Part shown: piece by piece, positions 14,801-30,369 of the stretch
Layout: every line of letters begins with the position of its first letter
How positions within the stretch are numbered: position 1 is the first letter of the stretch
Origin: Lingula anatina
Taxonomy: Eukaryota > Animalia > Brachiopoda
Reading direction: 5' to 3'
Length of the DNA stretch: 64,000 nucleotides
Assembly: GCA_051362555.1 (NCBI GenBank)
Contig: CM120643.1
Coordinates: 26,230,848 to 26,294,847 of the forward strand
The notes under the pieces: generated by a model
Seen by the model: only the letters and a program-made list of their open reading frames with translations
Told to the model about the DNA's origin: nothing
The model's database searches: none
Made by a program: the position numbers and the translations under genes

Positions 14801-17800
14801 GCAACCCTTCATAATCACGGAAGAGAGCACATTATCATTCCAACATTCGCATCCCTTTCCGGCTGAAAAGGAGTCGCGGCGCGGCCATTTTTGTTCCAGT
14901 TTTCGTCGTCTGCGTCAAAACAGAAAATTTTGGAAGACAGCGGAAGACTATTGTCGGTGTACTCACAACCAAAGTGCGAATCTATTTATTAATTCTTGGT
15001 TCTTTAGAGAGGTGTTGTTGGCCGGCTTTGATATCCGCCCTCCTATTCAGTTCACCTAATGGGTACGCGTCCTCCCTTTGTTGGTCTTGGTGGTGTCAGT
15101 ATTTTTAGACGGGATCTTCTTCCCCTGCCTATTGTTTTGTTATCTCTCTGCTCTCTCCACACAACAGGATGTGTACAGTAAACAGGAATGTGACGGCAGA
15201 TTACTCCACAATTAGCAAGGAAGTTATTTTCATCTGAATTTGTAATACAGGGGGAAGTTTGTCACACCCCGTGCGTTTGATCATTCCTCCACTTAGAACA
15301 CTATCCCCTGACTGTTGTTTTTGGTACCGAAAAGCTCTCTTTATCTTTAAATCATGATTTTAATCTATCACCATTATTTCATAAACAAAAAGCTGAAGTG
15401 ATATTGTGTACGTTGAATTCATGAAATAGTAAAAGGAAATACAGGAAAACAAGTGAATATTTAAACGCTGTTCTTTATCTTCGTTGTTTGATTATGGCAT
15501 TGTCAATAAGAACATTGTATACAAATTAAGAATTAATAATTCTTTTACAAATACTTTTAAAATATTTAAATGGACGCTTTTCCCCCAGCAATAGGAAAGC
15601 CAACCAAATATTTGAAAGGTATTTTAGTACACGCAGGATTTTATCACATTGTATTTTTTTCTGATTTGAATACTCGCGTATGATAAAGGCTGAGCAGGCT
15701 TCGTTTGCTTGCTGCGACCCTTTATTAAAGACACAATTTTTAACTTCGCCAATTTTGAAAGATTCTATATTCTTGTCCGAAATCAAAAACGCCTAGGAGA
15801 CAAAAATGGCATCATTTCCTGAAAAGATGCTTTTCATTACGCCAGTCGCATTGTTTCCGTTAGAAATAATTCAATAAGTGTTGTCGATGAGGCTGTCCTT
15901 TTTACGTTTTCTCTTTCATTCTCTCTTTAAGATCCGCACAATGACCTAGCTGAACGAGAAGCCAAATGCCATAAAATAATAGATCTTTAAGATATCACTT
16001 GACTTATAATGTGCTCCGAAACAAATATTCTTTCATTACTTTGTTTAATTATCATATCAGTTTACAAAGGGATTCTTTCAGAGATTTATTTTTGTATGAT
16101 GAATTTTTATTAATTTTATTCTGGTCTGTAAACCTAAAAGTATCTACGATATTGCAACTGTTCTTTTGAGTTCAGCATTTGTGACTGCATTGGCACTCAA
16201 GGAAAATGATTTATAGACAGGCAATTCCAAGTTGTATAATCTTCTAAGAAACAATTAAACCTCGACTTAAAGATAATTACAACATTTATGTGATGAATAA
16301 ATGAATTATTTTCGCAGAAACAATTAGTCTTCAAATTAGCCGATTAACGATACGAATTGCCGGTCGCTGTCACTAACAATAATTGCTGATAAAATAAATC
16401 TTCCTGGAAATTCTTCTCCTCGGAATTCTGACACTAAGTAGGGTTGTCTTGCACGTGGCGTGGTCACTCCCTGGAGGACCAGCTTCCCACCCATTTAATC
16501 GGTCCCTAGATACCGATCAACCTCCATTGTGCAAACCCCGGGTCCGTAAGCCGATAATCTACTACCATCTTTACCTACCTATTAACTAGAGTACGCGCGT
16601 ACAGCTCGTTAAGCTTGCACTATTATTATGCCGCAAGTGAACGCCGGTTTTATCCACCGTCCTGTTTTCTTCATTTAATTTTGTTATATTTGGTCTCTTA
16701 AATGGTTGATTTAGTTGGGGGGAAACAATGAAATTGTCTAGGCACAGAGAGATAAAAACATAAATATTTCGTTAACTGAAGTGTCAGTCAATTTGAAGAT
16801 TATTATTATAAGACAAACGGACATTTTTGTTTATTTAGAAAATTAGTGGAGATAGTGTTTGTCTATTGATACAATGTTCGCGTTTCACCTGTTTACCGGC
16901 TAACTGCGGAGAGTCCTGGATGACACTTACTAATGCACTTAATTTCTTAGAATAGTTTAATTCCTCATTTGAAAATTGAACTATATTAATTTGATATTGC
17001 AATAGTCAAAGCATGATAAGGTATACGGTCTTCCTTCTTTTTGTCTCCAAAATATCTGGATTGTCTTCTTATTCGTAGAAAAAGATAGATGGCTGCATTG
17101 GCCGTGAAAATGTTGATGAAAATGTTGAAATGTATTCCTGTTTAAAGAATAGGGTGTATTTGTTTAAAAGCTGTTTCTTGTTATAAAGCAAACATGTAAA
17201 GTAGCGAGACGTAATAAGCAGATTTAAAAGATTTCGGATGTTTTTATTTCGGCATTTTTGTCACTTTTCATTGCTGATGCTTGCATAATACATTTCATCC
17301 TTTACAATTTTGCGTTATAGCATTGTCCTTGAATTTATTCAGCGTACCATGGATTATGCTGTATAACATGGCCGTATATATAATAACATGGCCGTGTATA
17401 TATAAGCTATCACGTGCCGTCCTTTCCACTAAGAGTAAAATTTTAATCCCCAATTTAATATATTAATATTTGTGACATTTTGTCTCCCAAAGAATATTAT
17501 AGAGATCTCGTTCAATGGTTCAACATGCTATACTCTATGATAAGTTAATTGCAAGCAAATGCACCACAGAAATATTGATTATGTATAATACAAATGGAAA
17601 TGAATAAAATAAAAAAAATTACCATAAAAATAAAAGAATAACGTTAACACTATCACAACGGATCATCTACAAACTCGGTTTTCACTTGTTATGTACTGTT
17701 TTAATTTACAAAATATCCTTCATCAAATCTAAACCAAGTTAATACATGAAAATCACCCACAACTCTCAGGCAATGCGCATTCCAGGAATCATTTATCCGT

Positions 17801-18167
17801 AAAATGCGAACCATGATAATAACATCCGAATTATTTCTACCCTAAGGATATGAGCCAATATTGCGCTTCACTTTCAATTACTCAATATGTCTATAATAAA
17901 AAAATGAACAAAATACAAGACAGAGCTGCCCCACTTGTGCGTCGACTGAAAATTATTATTGTCAGCGGACAAAGAGACATCCAAGTCGAAATTGTGGGTG
18001 AAACACGAGAGTGATTTTGTGATAGTAGATTTAGGAGGAAAAGGAGAAGGATATGAAAGGTGTGGGCTCATTGTGTTAAAGTGTAACTCTTCTTTCGTGT
18101 GATGATTTAAATTTTGTGAAGAACTTTGTGTAGTTTTAGTTTTTTACAGTGCATGTACATCTCTCTG

Positions 18168-18169
<2 letters not shown>

Positions 18170-18212
<43 letters not shown>
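18170..18212. repeat. (CT)n microsatellite
   Basis: Seen directly. Similar CT/GA/CA tracts at ~19975-20020, 23900-23973, 30304-30367, 39020-39090, 47130-47188, 47654-47698 and 57310-57343. Confidence 0.95.
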
Positions 18213-18215
<3 letters not shown>

Positions 18216-19975
18216 ACACAATAATACACATTAAATTTACCCACAAAAGGAAATATATAAATCTTTGCATCAACTATATGTAACCAAAAATTCAGAAACT
18301 TAAAATCACGCCAAATTTAATGATATGTCATTCAACCACCACGGCGTACAATACTGTACGATATTTAGATTCATTCATAATTCCGACCACGTCCCTTCTA
18401 TCCACTGGCACAGGGATGAGTAACACCACATGGCCAAACCAGTGGCGTGAAACTCAGTCACTCATTCCTGATCTTATTTTATCGTTGTCTGAGCCACTTA
18501 ATCCAAACAGAAGAAGCCAGTAAAACAACAGTCGTGGCATATCGACACGGGGAGAATATTTGTGTGCATACGGAGAGAATCGATTGATAGCTTTGATTGG
18601 CGGGTTAGGCAGTTGTCAGTCAAATTAGTTATCAAAATGGTGACGACTGGCAATATATTTTGCTTTATTCCTAAAAAAAATCATTTACAATTATCATCGT
18701 TATTTTTGCTTAGGTAATGTCTAAAATTTGATTATTGCGGAAAATATACAACTCATACCATATTATAAGTATTTGCTGAGATTTAAAGAAAAGAAGATTC
18801 ATGAGTGAATATGTTCAAACAATCACGCCTTTTTTCTGTTATTGCATTCATGAAAATTCCTAAATAGTTGACAAGAATTAAAAGCACTGCTTATAGTAAG
18901 ATCGCGGAACACGCACCCGACATCTTTGAAGCTTCTTCACCTCATAACATCTTTAAATCATAGAAGACTAGCGTAAACATCATAGGGTCTAACTAATTCC
19001 CCACCTTGAAGACATGCCAAAACCTTTTGCTTGCACTTAAAAATTATTCTCTTTATAAGAAATGTATTTTCTTCATAATAAACGCTCGCGGATGTTAGAG
19101 AAAGGCCAACCCGGCCAAAAAATTACTACTTGCCACGCGAGCGCCGATCCTATTATTTCCATTATTAAAAACAAGGTTGCCCTTAACATGTTCTTTTTAA
19201 ATTGGAAACGTGATTTGTAAGTTACCTCAATTATTTTAGTGGCTGACAAGGTGTACTGTGCTGATATTTGTTTCTAACCCTCATTCTTAATCCATATCCT
19301 TTTTATATACCTCTTTTTCATTTTGATAAACAACTTTTGTCGCAGTATCCATCCTCTAATTTCTTTTTTTATTCATTGTTATGTCACAGTGCAAAGATTT
19401 TCACTGGTGCCATCACAAAATTTACAGGAGCTGTGATTGACTACATACCTGATTTTTCACGGTACAGAAAAAATATGGGTACTTTCATATCATTACAGAT
19501 GATCTATAATTTAGATAATAAGTACAGGTAGGTTTACAGATGCAGCGTGGAAGTAAGCTCAAATGTAGAGATAGGTTTTGAAAGCGTTACTATATATTGC
19601 TTTTAATTTACAAGCACAAATTTAGCAACAATGCTTTCCTTTCATTAAGACAAAGGTTGTGTTTATAGCAGTTGAAATGATCTTGGCTTCTTAATACGTT
19701 TATTGCAATTAAATTTCAAAAGTGAGTATGATTGTCTTGATAAAGCATTATTTATATAAAATAGGATATATACTCTTATGGTTTAGCATTGTTCATAGTC
19801 TGTTGGGTTTTCACGTGCACTTGCTATCTTAGTGATGGTTTGTCTAGCTACTGACTACATAGTAAAAGCGGGGCCGCTACTTCATATTGATAACGATATC
19901 ATGGTTTCACTGTATCCACTCACTGGATTGATATTTACGCTTTTACAGAAAGAACTAGCCTTTTTACATCTTAAA

Positions 19976-20024
<49 letters not shown>

Positions 20025-23000
20025 TGTCTTCAAACGCCCGATTTTGATTTAATTTCAGAGCAAATTACTGGCTTAACTTTTTAAGATTATCAGTTTCCAT
20101 AAATAAATAAAAGTTAATGTGCTAAGCGCGTGACAAAGTGAAACCCATGATCCCTTTTCAAAGATAGATTTAAACGGGATAGTAATATGTAATATTAAAA
20201 ACAAACTCAAGATTTGTTTTGAAAGAAGAAGGTAAGGAAAACAGGCATTTAGTCCATCAATTAGCTTGAAGAAATATGGCGGTGTTGCGCGTGGAGTGAG
20301 AGAGGTTGCAGGGGTGAATTCGTGCATCGCAGTGCCACGTCTTTTTGCTCTTATCAGCGCGCACCCGCGGTGAGCCAAGGTTGAACCCGACACGAACGCT
20401 CACCGCCGGGGGATAGAGAACGGGATGACATCATCGGCATTTCGTCCGAACTCCTACAAGCAAAAAGCGGCGCGAAAGCCTATAGCTTTACCGCAGCAGC
20501 GAGAGGAAAATTTTCCCAGGATTTGGACGTTTACTAAACAGAAGTAAATTGGGGGAGAGTACAGCAAGTGTTTGCCAGTCAAAAGTATTGCACAACGGCA
20601 ACTCCACGAGAACCGTGCTGATTAACTACGCGTTTGCCTGTCGTTAAAGCATTGTCTTAATTCTCTGATTTTCCCAGTGGTACGACGTCTGCTCCTTACT
20701 CATTCTTAACAGCTGTGCTTCAGAAGTGATATCCAAATTGTCTGGCAAGAGAATGCGCCGGAATTAAGTTGTTGCAGACTGGTTCATTGCTTCTTTCTGA
20801 CGTTATGATTCCAACTGTCAGTTAACGGGGCGCTTTATCTTATTTTACTTTTTTTTTTCGGTATCAAATGCTAGCACCTGTATTCCCCCTCCCTTACTTG
20901 AACCTGATATTTTATACGGCCTCAATTGATTCCTGTTAGTGTCGAGTTTCTTTCCCCGGCTCAAATTAGCAGATAGAACAGCGTACTATTCTCGCTCGCC
21001 CCCGCTACTTCAGCCCTACCACATACCCGCTACAGAACCGTTGCTATGACAACTAATTAGAGCAGGATGGACGCGAAGAGCTCGTTTAATATACATTATT
21101 CGATCGCATCATTTTCGTAGGACCCGGCAGTTTGCATCATCTAGGGCTTTGGCATGCCGGTGATTTAAGAAAAATGAAACCTGAATTTTCAATGGATTCT
21201 TAATGGGACTTATCAGACGATATAATTGTCCTTGAATTGCCTCGGCACGAGACATTTTGATTGTTCTTCCTTCCCCAGTAAAAGAGGGTATTTTTTATGC
21301 CAGCATGAAAGAATTTCAGATTTTTTTCTTAAGTCCTGATTAATTCCTTGCCCTACCTATTTGACCAGGGTCTCATTTGAGGTCCAGACTGGTGAAAAAA
21401 AGCAAAAAAAGGATTGTACTAAAGGATTAACGTTTGACCACATTGTTATTAGGGAACAACGTTCCAAACGTATCTCCTAACTGGTACTAGCACAAACAAG
21501 GCGTTACTACGAGTGCAATTAAATCAGGAATGCCCGAGGAATCCATGTTCTTCACAAACAGAGTACCATTCACGATCTCATGTATATAGAATCACGCAAG
21601 AATGCTAGGGTCCAAAAAGAAAGAATTAGTGTCGACATCTTTGATTTCAAAAACATGTTTTTCAACATGGGCAAAGTCCCTGTTGGTGATTTCTAAAAAA
21701 TACTGCAGCTATTTTTACCATTTTTTTTTCCGATTATCCTTATTTCTGTTAATTACTTTTTTCTTTTAAGGCCTTTCTATATCGTTATAACTGTTTTTAT
21801 TATGTCCATCATTTTATGCATCGATTTTACAATCTCTGGAAACCTATTCCATTGTACTTTTTTTAATATGCCTGTATATTGCAAAACAAAAATATCCCTT
21901 TTCTTGTTTATTCTTTCCATCTATCTGCCGTGATAGATTGGAGCACAGAGGTCACGAGCACTCGGCGCTGCGGGTTGAACCGCTTGAAGAGAGCAATTTC
22001 TAAAGTTTCATAAGTTTCCTGTTTGGGGGTAGGATTTGACTAATTGTGCCCGGCATGGAACGAGAACAGCTGGTCCCAATTTTAGACGAGCTCTTAGGGC
22101 TTTTACCTGGTTCCCACTTGCATGAAAGAGACGGGCTTATTGTTAAACCGAGTGGTTTCTGGGTGCGCAAGAGAATAAGATCTGTTTTCATTTAAGAGAA
22201 GAACCGATCCTTCGTTTTTTAACACAATTAGAAAGAGCACCAAGAGAAGGGAAATTGGAACAGAATTATTTGTGTGTATAAATATCCCCCAGCATTTGGG
22301 AGCCATTTCCATGGGTGGTTTTTGAAAGACGCTGGCAGGGACAAAAATGGATGAAACTTTTTAAACGCATGTAGCTCAACATAAATGTCACCATAACTCC
22401 TTGTTTTGAAGTTAAATTTTAACCACAACCTACTTTTTGCCAAAACTTCCAAAACAAGTAAAATTTGAAGGGAGTAATCGAAACCGCAGACGATAGTGAA
22501 GTTGTGACGTCGCTCGCGTTGTGTGGTGCACCGTCTTTATCCAGTGGAACAAAATCGATTAGCGTTTAAATCCATGTCACGCTTTTCCTCTATTTTTGTT
22601 TTCTTCAGTTTTTTTCTTCAGTCAGAAATCATAAACTCAGTGAACATATCAATTTAAGCGGCACTTCACCGGCCGCGCTGTGAGTGTCATTATTCACAAT
22701 TATAGCGAAGATCACTCCCAAGTTTCTGTCTGAAAATAGTTCGCATAGCGTGAACCTTTTAGCACATAACAGCAAGCGGCGGCTGTAAATACCTACCCCC
22801 AGTCAATTTCAGGATTAGACTAAAATTTCAAAACTTGAGCAAAATGATGCTTTTAACCTTCGATCAGCAGCTGGCAAGAGAGATTAGGCGCTTTTTAAGT
22901 GGCGCTTGGTTGACAGATTTTTCATCAGCGGTCGGTATCGCGGCTCAAATACGAAAATAAAGTGATGGATTACAGCATTTTTTCTCCTTTTCTCTTTTTT

Positions 23001-23942
23001 TGCATTTAATTGTATTTGTTCATTCACACATTCTTTCTTTCGTCCTAATTGTCCGATTATACGAGGTGTATTAAATACTTTTATTTGATTTTATGTCATT
23101 TTCTAAATATCAAAAGTGAAATTTTTACCAGACGTATTTTGCTGCCGAGGAAGAGGAACACGTAAAAAGCAACCAAAATACAAATATGAAAATAGCAAGG
23201 AGGGAAAAAGGAGAAAGTCGAAAAGCAAAGTCGTGATAAATGACACTGATCGCAGCATGGTTATTAAAACAATGATATTATTGTATCAGTTTAACTCTTA
23301 AAATGAAATATGTACAATTGTCGTCGTTCAAACAATCCCACGTGTTGGACTGGAAGTACAATGACAATATTAACTTTACACCATACCAAACAAAAACATT
23401 CATCCAACCTCTAAAACTTCCCCAATTATTCCAGCCAAATACGTCTTATGAATTTAACAGCGCCCTATCTGTTCATTACCAATTGGACGTAGCGGGATAT
23501 ATTACTAATAAAACAAAGCCCATATCCCATATGTGCCCTATACGCCATTAAATAGCTTTGAGAGACCCTAAAACTGCAAAGATTCACTCGCCATTGTTTT
23601 TACTGGGTCACGTGATTAAGAGTCGGGGGCACGTTAGAAAAATATTAGAAGAGAGAAAGGTTAGCAGACGACAATATTTCGCGCGCGCTAATTGGCGGGG
23701 AGGATAAGCTTTCATAAGTGGCCACTTGGTCACCAACTGGACAATAATATTGACTTAGATGTGATCGGATTGTTATTTGCAGTGTATGGCAATGTTTGGG
23801 TGGACTATGGGGCTTGTAGTTGAAGTACCTTTAATCTTGTTTATCTGCTTACTTTTATTGAATGGTCGTTTTTGTATCAGTGATTTCATGACCCCCTCCC
23901 CCCTCTATCTCTATCTCTCTCTCTCTCTCTCCTCCACACACA

Positions 23943-23976
<34 letters not shown>

Positions 23977-26900
23977 AGTATATATTTCGTTTTTCCTCCA
24001 ACCACTCTTGAATTCTCGAGAGCTGTATCAGCATCGCAATGTTATCAACTGGATTTCCTTGTCATCATATTTCATAAGAAAACTGCATCTCTGTACAAAC
24101 CTTCATGTCAACTTAAACAATATGATTTGAATGATATGATGAAGATGTTGAGGCGTCAAATTCCACCAACTGTCAGAAGAACCATCATCGAGTCATCTGA
24201 CGTGATGATAGCTGCACGTCTTTCAGCAACGCTCTTCGACCGGGTAAAAACTTGTCAAGTTCACTTCCTTTTCAACTCAGAGATATGACGAAACATTTCA
24301 TTCATAGAATGCCCCCACGCACGACATTGACTTTGTTGATGTGTAGCATTTGTCTTTTTAAGAGATTGATAAAAGTGATATGTTATAATAATTTTAATAT
24401 CACAAATTGACATTTTGATATAAAAATGAGCTATTTCCATTGGAAGTATTTGGAGATTTATTCTATAATTATTTAATTTTAAACCCTCAATTTTCGTCTT
24501 TATTTCACATTTGAAAACGAAAAAATATTACGGATAATAGACGTTAAAGGTCTTTTTTGGTATCGTTTTTAGAATTGCGCTATATTTTACTATTTATTGA
24601 TGAAAATGGAATTATATTATCAAAAATCCTCAGTTACCATGTAAGTTAGTATTGTAATGTCAATTTCTTTTCATCGAGTTCAAGGAGAATTTATTTTGAG
24701 ATGGGACGTGTATCATAGTGAAGTTTGACCCTCGCGTGAAGTGAGTGCGTTTGCTGGGGGAATAAACAAACCGTCAAAAAAGATTAAGCGTCGAATAATG
24801 AGCCGTTAATTAGCTTACACCTCCTCTAAAATTCCCACGCCTAGTGGAATGGAGATATAATAAGGGAGGCATAGCGCTCCGATTGTTCAGGCTCTCTTAT
24901 GGAACCGTAATAAAATTACATGACAAAACTTTTCATAGCTGTGTGTTTTGAGGAGAGCGTTATACAAATAATATCACCGGGTCCGTTATTCTTTTCTCCT
25001 CACCCGACCCATTCAAGAGATTAAAATTTGCGTTTTCCGCTTAATTCCATCCTTTATCTATTGAAATACGTCAAAAGATCGACTAAACCCACCTATAGGG
25101 CAACTAGACTTTTGCCAACCGCATTTCAATGCACTGAATTAATCGATTATTTGTTTTCTGAGCTAACAACTTTGAAAGAGCCCATCATAAACTTATTGTT
25201 CAATAGCTGTAAGATCGATTTTGACTTGTTGGGTACTATGCAAAGAAATTGGTCTGAAAGAGAAAGCAGGTATTTATAATGGAATCCACGGTTGACCCTT
25301 TGACACTTTTGGTGACCTTCAGTCACTTAAGTAAACGCTGGCTGAAGAGACCAGATTCTTGGTCCTCAAAGGGCTCTTGTTCGGCAGTTTGTTTCCCTCG
25401 CGTTCGCGTCATTCTTTCCCAAAGCGTAGCGGGGCAGGGAACGGGGTATCGGGCTCTATTGATACCCCAACTCCAGGGGGCGGGGCAAAAGACTAATGAG
25501 TAATCTGTACATATTACCGCAGCACGCCTGTACTCCCGCACCAACATCAGATGTTGGAAATCGCGGGACTATTTTCACAGGTTTCCCCAATTATACCCCA
25601 ACGAGCTGCGGAAGCACCAATTAAACCAACTCCTTCCCTGCTCCTTTTTGTGTGGGCCAACGAGAAAAATCTCTCTCAGGTCCGTTCCTCGGTGCTTGCT
25701 CGCTCCCTGCCATCTTCTCCCCAAGCTGTCTGGCAGGCTCTCCAAGCCCAACTGTCGGTGGACAGGTTGCACCTAAAACCCTCCTCACACATGTAGAAAA
25801 ATACACACAAACTTTGGTTTGATCAGGTGGACGGAAAAGCAATGAAATTCTACTAATATGACATCATTCTGAAATTCCTGCCGTTCTCTTTACCTACAGC
25901 TAGGGGGGTGATAATAGGGCGGTATTTGCCAGGTGCTATCCTGCCTGCCAGAAGTTCTGAAACACTGGTTTCCTGTTGTCGATACCATCAGGGTTTTCTT
26001 GATTGTTCTTGGATTTTGACCACCAGCGGCGATGGAGGCTATCGCGGATTGATGGTCATACCGAGGGCTATCATCGATATATGACCCTACGCCGGCTTTA
26101 AGATCACTCATGTATCGTCAAAGTCTCCACTAATACGTCTTCTTACAAATATCAATTAATTTTTTTTAATATCTCATTTAAATGTACAATTTTGTGTGAA
26201 TGGTTTTTCGAGTAATTTTTAAATGTATTACAACACACTTTCTGCCGTTAAATATTGAGTGGCTGTTATTATAGAGTACTTAACCAACAGAATATTGAAA
26301 TTTCATTGCTAAATACAAACCCGCCAATAACAATTAACTAGTAAGTTAATAAGTTTTTGCTCTGTATTTCAAGTAACAATCCTTTGTTTTTGTTTATGTT
26401 TTATAGTTGTAATTTTTGTGGATAAAACAGACAAATGAAATTATTAGTTATCCTTCTAGAACTGAATTTTATATATTGAAAATATCATCTATCGTAATTT
26501 TTTCCATAAGTCTATAGCGCACGATAATAACTGTTCTTTCTCTTGTGTTTAAAACAATGGCTGTTGTACTTGTTAATGAGTAGGATAATAACTTTTTTCT
26601 TGGAATCCGAAAATCTAAGCGTGTCAGACTATTTCTGATCAAAGTCATTTCCACATAGACGCATATTTGCCATTAGATGCCAATTAAGTCAAAACCAAAG
26701 GAAAAAATCTTGGAAAAGAACCCACAATAAACCTCAGCTGCGACCACTGTCTCGGGGTTTTCTTTTTTTTCAGCAGTGAAAATTGTGGTTATTTTACTGA
26801 GGTACAAGTAGTAGGTCCAAACGTTAAAACGCCTAGACAAACACTTGCAAAACTAACAAGAAAACAAAGTTGGGGCACACAAACTATTATGACGATACTC

Positions 26901-29900
26901 ATAGCAAAATATGCTCGGAAATGTATAAACAGAGAGAAGAAAAAAATGAGGTTAAGTTTTGTCCACAAATAAGCAAACAGATAAATCAACAGATAAGCAA
27001 GTTGCTTGATTGGGTAAGGGTACGGATATATCACTGGGTAAGCAACCTTCGTGCAAACATTCAAATAACTGGCTTAAAAGATGACAGGATAAACCAAGGG
27101 ATTTGCGAATAAATACATAGATTACGATATGACCCAAAATATCACGGTGGGAAAGGTATTGACTGATACATCGGTGTTTCACAATCACGCATAATCAAGT
27201 AATAAATACCCGCATCGTAATAACAAGACGGTTCTGGAACATACTACAACAGTTGTATTTGTATAAAGGTAAGTCACTGACGAATTCTAGAACCACCTTA
27301 GGATTATCTCTTTTAAGACATCCGATAAGGAGATCGAGGAACAAATGACTTGCTGCTTTGTAGTAAACCCTCCTAATTCCGGATCAATTAAAATCGTAAG
27401 TAACGAAGCATTGGTACCTCGTCCATGTGGAGACTGTTGTATCTTGTAGAAATTTTAGTGAGCACGATTAAATACTTTAATATCATTAAAATGATAAAAC
27501 GTTATATGAAGAAGCAACTCTTTATATATTAGCTCAGTTGTCCGCTGATTTTGGCGATAAGGCCATCAAAAACTGAAAATAAAAAACATTTAGAAAATTC
27601 CGTCGTCTGTGCAAACATAACTGATTTTTAGTTTATATTGCTTGTCATTTCTGAATGTTTCAATATCGGAAAGGGATTGAATTTTTTAAGTTGTATAACA
27701 TGTTGTAAAATGAGATTCAGAAATTACAGTTACTTGATAAAACCTTTTATATACCATTTTATTTTGTTTTAAGGAATAGGCTAAGTTATTTTCATAGGTA
27801 AGTTTAGCTAACAAGGGAGTGTCAATTGTATTTACAAGAGGAAGACGTATTCGAGCAGTATATGACTTAATATTAAAACTAATTAGGTACAGACAACGGT
27901 GTGATGAATATTCTAGAAGTCAGAGCAGTTCGGGAAACAGAATAACAAGTCTTCTGTATACAAAGCTTTATTGAAAGCAATTACAGGAGAAAAACAGTCC
28001 AGACAAAACTGTTAGCTCTAAACTCGAATTTTTTTTTCAAGCGAAATACAAAAATCATAAGTGGGTTTTGTGAACATTTAGCTTGATTTATATCAGCACC
28101 AGCTGACTTATATGCTAGAGAGGCAATCAACCAGCGTTATAATTTTCTGAGAATTATTTACCGGGCACCTTTTCGCCTTTTCGGTCCTCCTTGGCTCTCG
28201 CGACAGGTTTAAGTGGCCATTAATTAGCCAATGACGGGCCATCAATCATTCTGCCCGATAATCTCAAAGCCGCAATGTTCAAAACATATGTTGCGTAGAA
28301 AAATTAAACTTTTCACCAGCTTTCAACATGATAATCCACAAGACGGAACGCGCATCAGGTGCCTATATAAGTTTTAAAGAGGAGTTTGATTTCTGAGGAA
28401 TTTGGTCGTTATCCCGGAAATGTGCCCGCGGCCATTTTCTGGTTAATTAGTAAAATGAGAATTCTTTCAGAGTGTACCGGTGTCAGAATAGAATTTATGG
28501 AGCTTGGTGTGTTATCAGGAAATTGTAAGAGAAAAAACGCTGTGGAATTTAAAAGTAGCGGTCAATCAACCAAAGAAAAGTTGTGTAGAATGAATGTAAT
28601 TTTGGATCGTATAAAAATGTTAGCTTATCTTTTGATGAAAAAAGAGGCGACAAAAAAGATATGAAGAAAGGAACACTTTTACTTGACACTAAGTTATTTC
28701 CCTAAAACTGAAAGGTGAAAAAATTTGAAAAACACACAAAAATCCAAAAAGATATAAATTATAATAAAAAAAGTAACGAAGATGGACAGGGGTTCATAGA
28801 AATCCTAGCACAAATCGTTTTCGTCCTCAGTGACTTCTTAATTATCAATAGCTCTAGTTTCCAGTAGTCAAACGCCATTTTCTGTCCGGCTGTCACCGGT
28901 GACAAGCGCAGACAGCTGGGAGGACCGTAGGTTGTGACAGAGAGCCTTGTTTTTCACTCTGTCGCCACGTGAGCGTTTCGCCTCCCACAGGCTTTCACTA
29001 GCAATCATCGCTTGCAGGGCTGACGTGGTCATTACTGAGCGACTTCCTCCCTCCCTCCCTCCTTCTCTTTCCCTCCCTCTCTCTCCCTCTCTCTCTCCCT
29101 CCCTCTCTCTCTTTGTCAAAAAATAATGCAAAGGTTAAGACAGTCTCTCATCATTAATTTTTCATGCCCTTTGACTTTTTAATAAATAGCTTATATTCTG
29201 GGAAGTAAGTAAGGAAGTAACTATTTTTAAATAGATGATGCATTACAATACAGTTGCACTGAAGGTTTAAAACAGGGTTTCCAAAATGTGAATCTTCTTT
29301 GCAAACTTCACGAACTTCTTAATATATTTTTCTGGCAAAGGTCTACCAGGACCTATCCCCAGTGCGGCACTTTTCCGTAATTACAGTTTAACAAAGATGT
29401 ACCGAGATGTACCGGCTAGATTGATACTGATGGTCAATTTACCAGGGCTATTTAGCGTTTCGAAATTGCCCGTTCAGATTGTCAAGTTTTCTCTCGCGAG
29501 GAGCGTTCCTTGCAGACGTCGCGTTTGGGTAGAAGTCACATATCATCATCAGATTTGGACGTGCGTTTGGGTTCACCGCCAGTGCGATGGAAAAACCTTG
29601 ACACCGATTGATTGAAGAGGGCTGGCAGCTAGGGACGCACTGACTTAATACAACCGATTAAAAAGAGCTCTCTGAATGATTAAATTCCAAACCAAATGGT
29701 TTTACTTAAAGAAAACCTTGATTTTTTGGAGGAACCTTTAAATCTCAGCCCCAGCTACCCAAAAAACACAACTAGCAAATGTCATTAATTAAGTAATTAA
29801 TGTACTAAACAGAATTATAAGATTCCATCTTTGAACAGACTTTGTAGAAAGTCTCAAATACTGAAAAGTTTGGTCACGAATGAACAAATATTTCGCACAA

Positions 29901-30331
29901 ACGAGAGACAATTTGTTCATACCAGTCAAGCATGGTAATCTAAACCCTTAAAATAATTGGTCTAATTTTAGAGAAATAGCCATTTGCTACAGTTTATATT
30001 AAAATAAGAAGCGAGTTTTTCATCCCCCCCCCCTTTTTTCATGATGAGTGCTATCCCACAGCTCTAAGCATCCCTGTGGGTTAAGCCAGAAAACCTCACT
30101 AGACCATCTATCCATCTTTCTGGTTTTCTTCCTCACTGACCTTACTGTAACGTGATCGTTGACATGGCACTAACGCGGCAATTAAAATGACATCATCATT
30201 AACTTGATAAATTTCACGATGCACTGATTTACCCATACTATCAACAATATTTACGTAATAGACCGGGCAATGAATGGGAACTAAAGGGACAAGAACGGCG
30301 GATGAGAGAGAGAGAGAGAAAAAAAGAAGCC

Positions 30332-30369
<38 letters not shown>

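Noticed and set aside
25279-26111. Cluster of short ORFs in a GC-richer island, including 25890-26111 (-) ending near a GT donor
   Set aside because: No recognisable domain and no phase-compatible partner exons found; more likely regulatory DNA.
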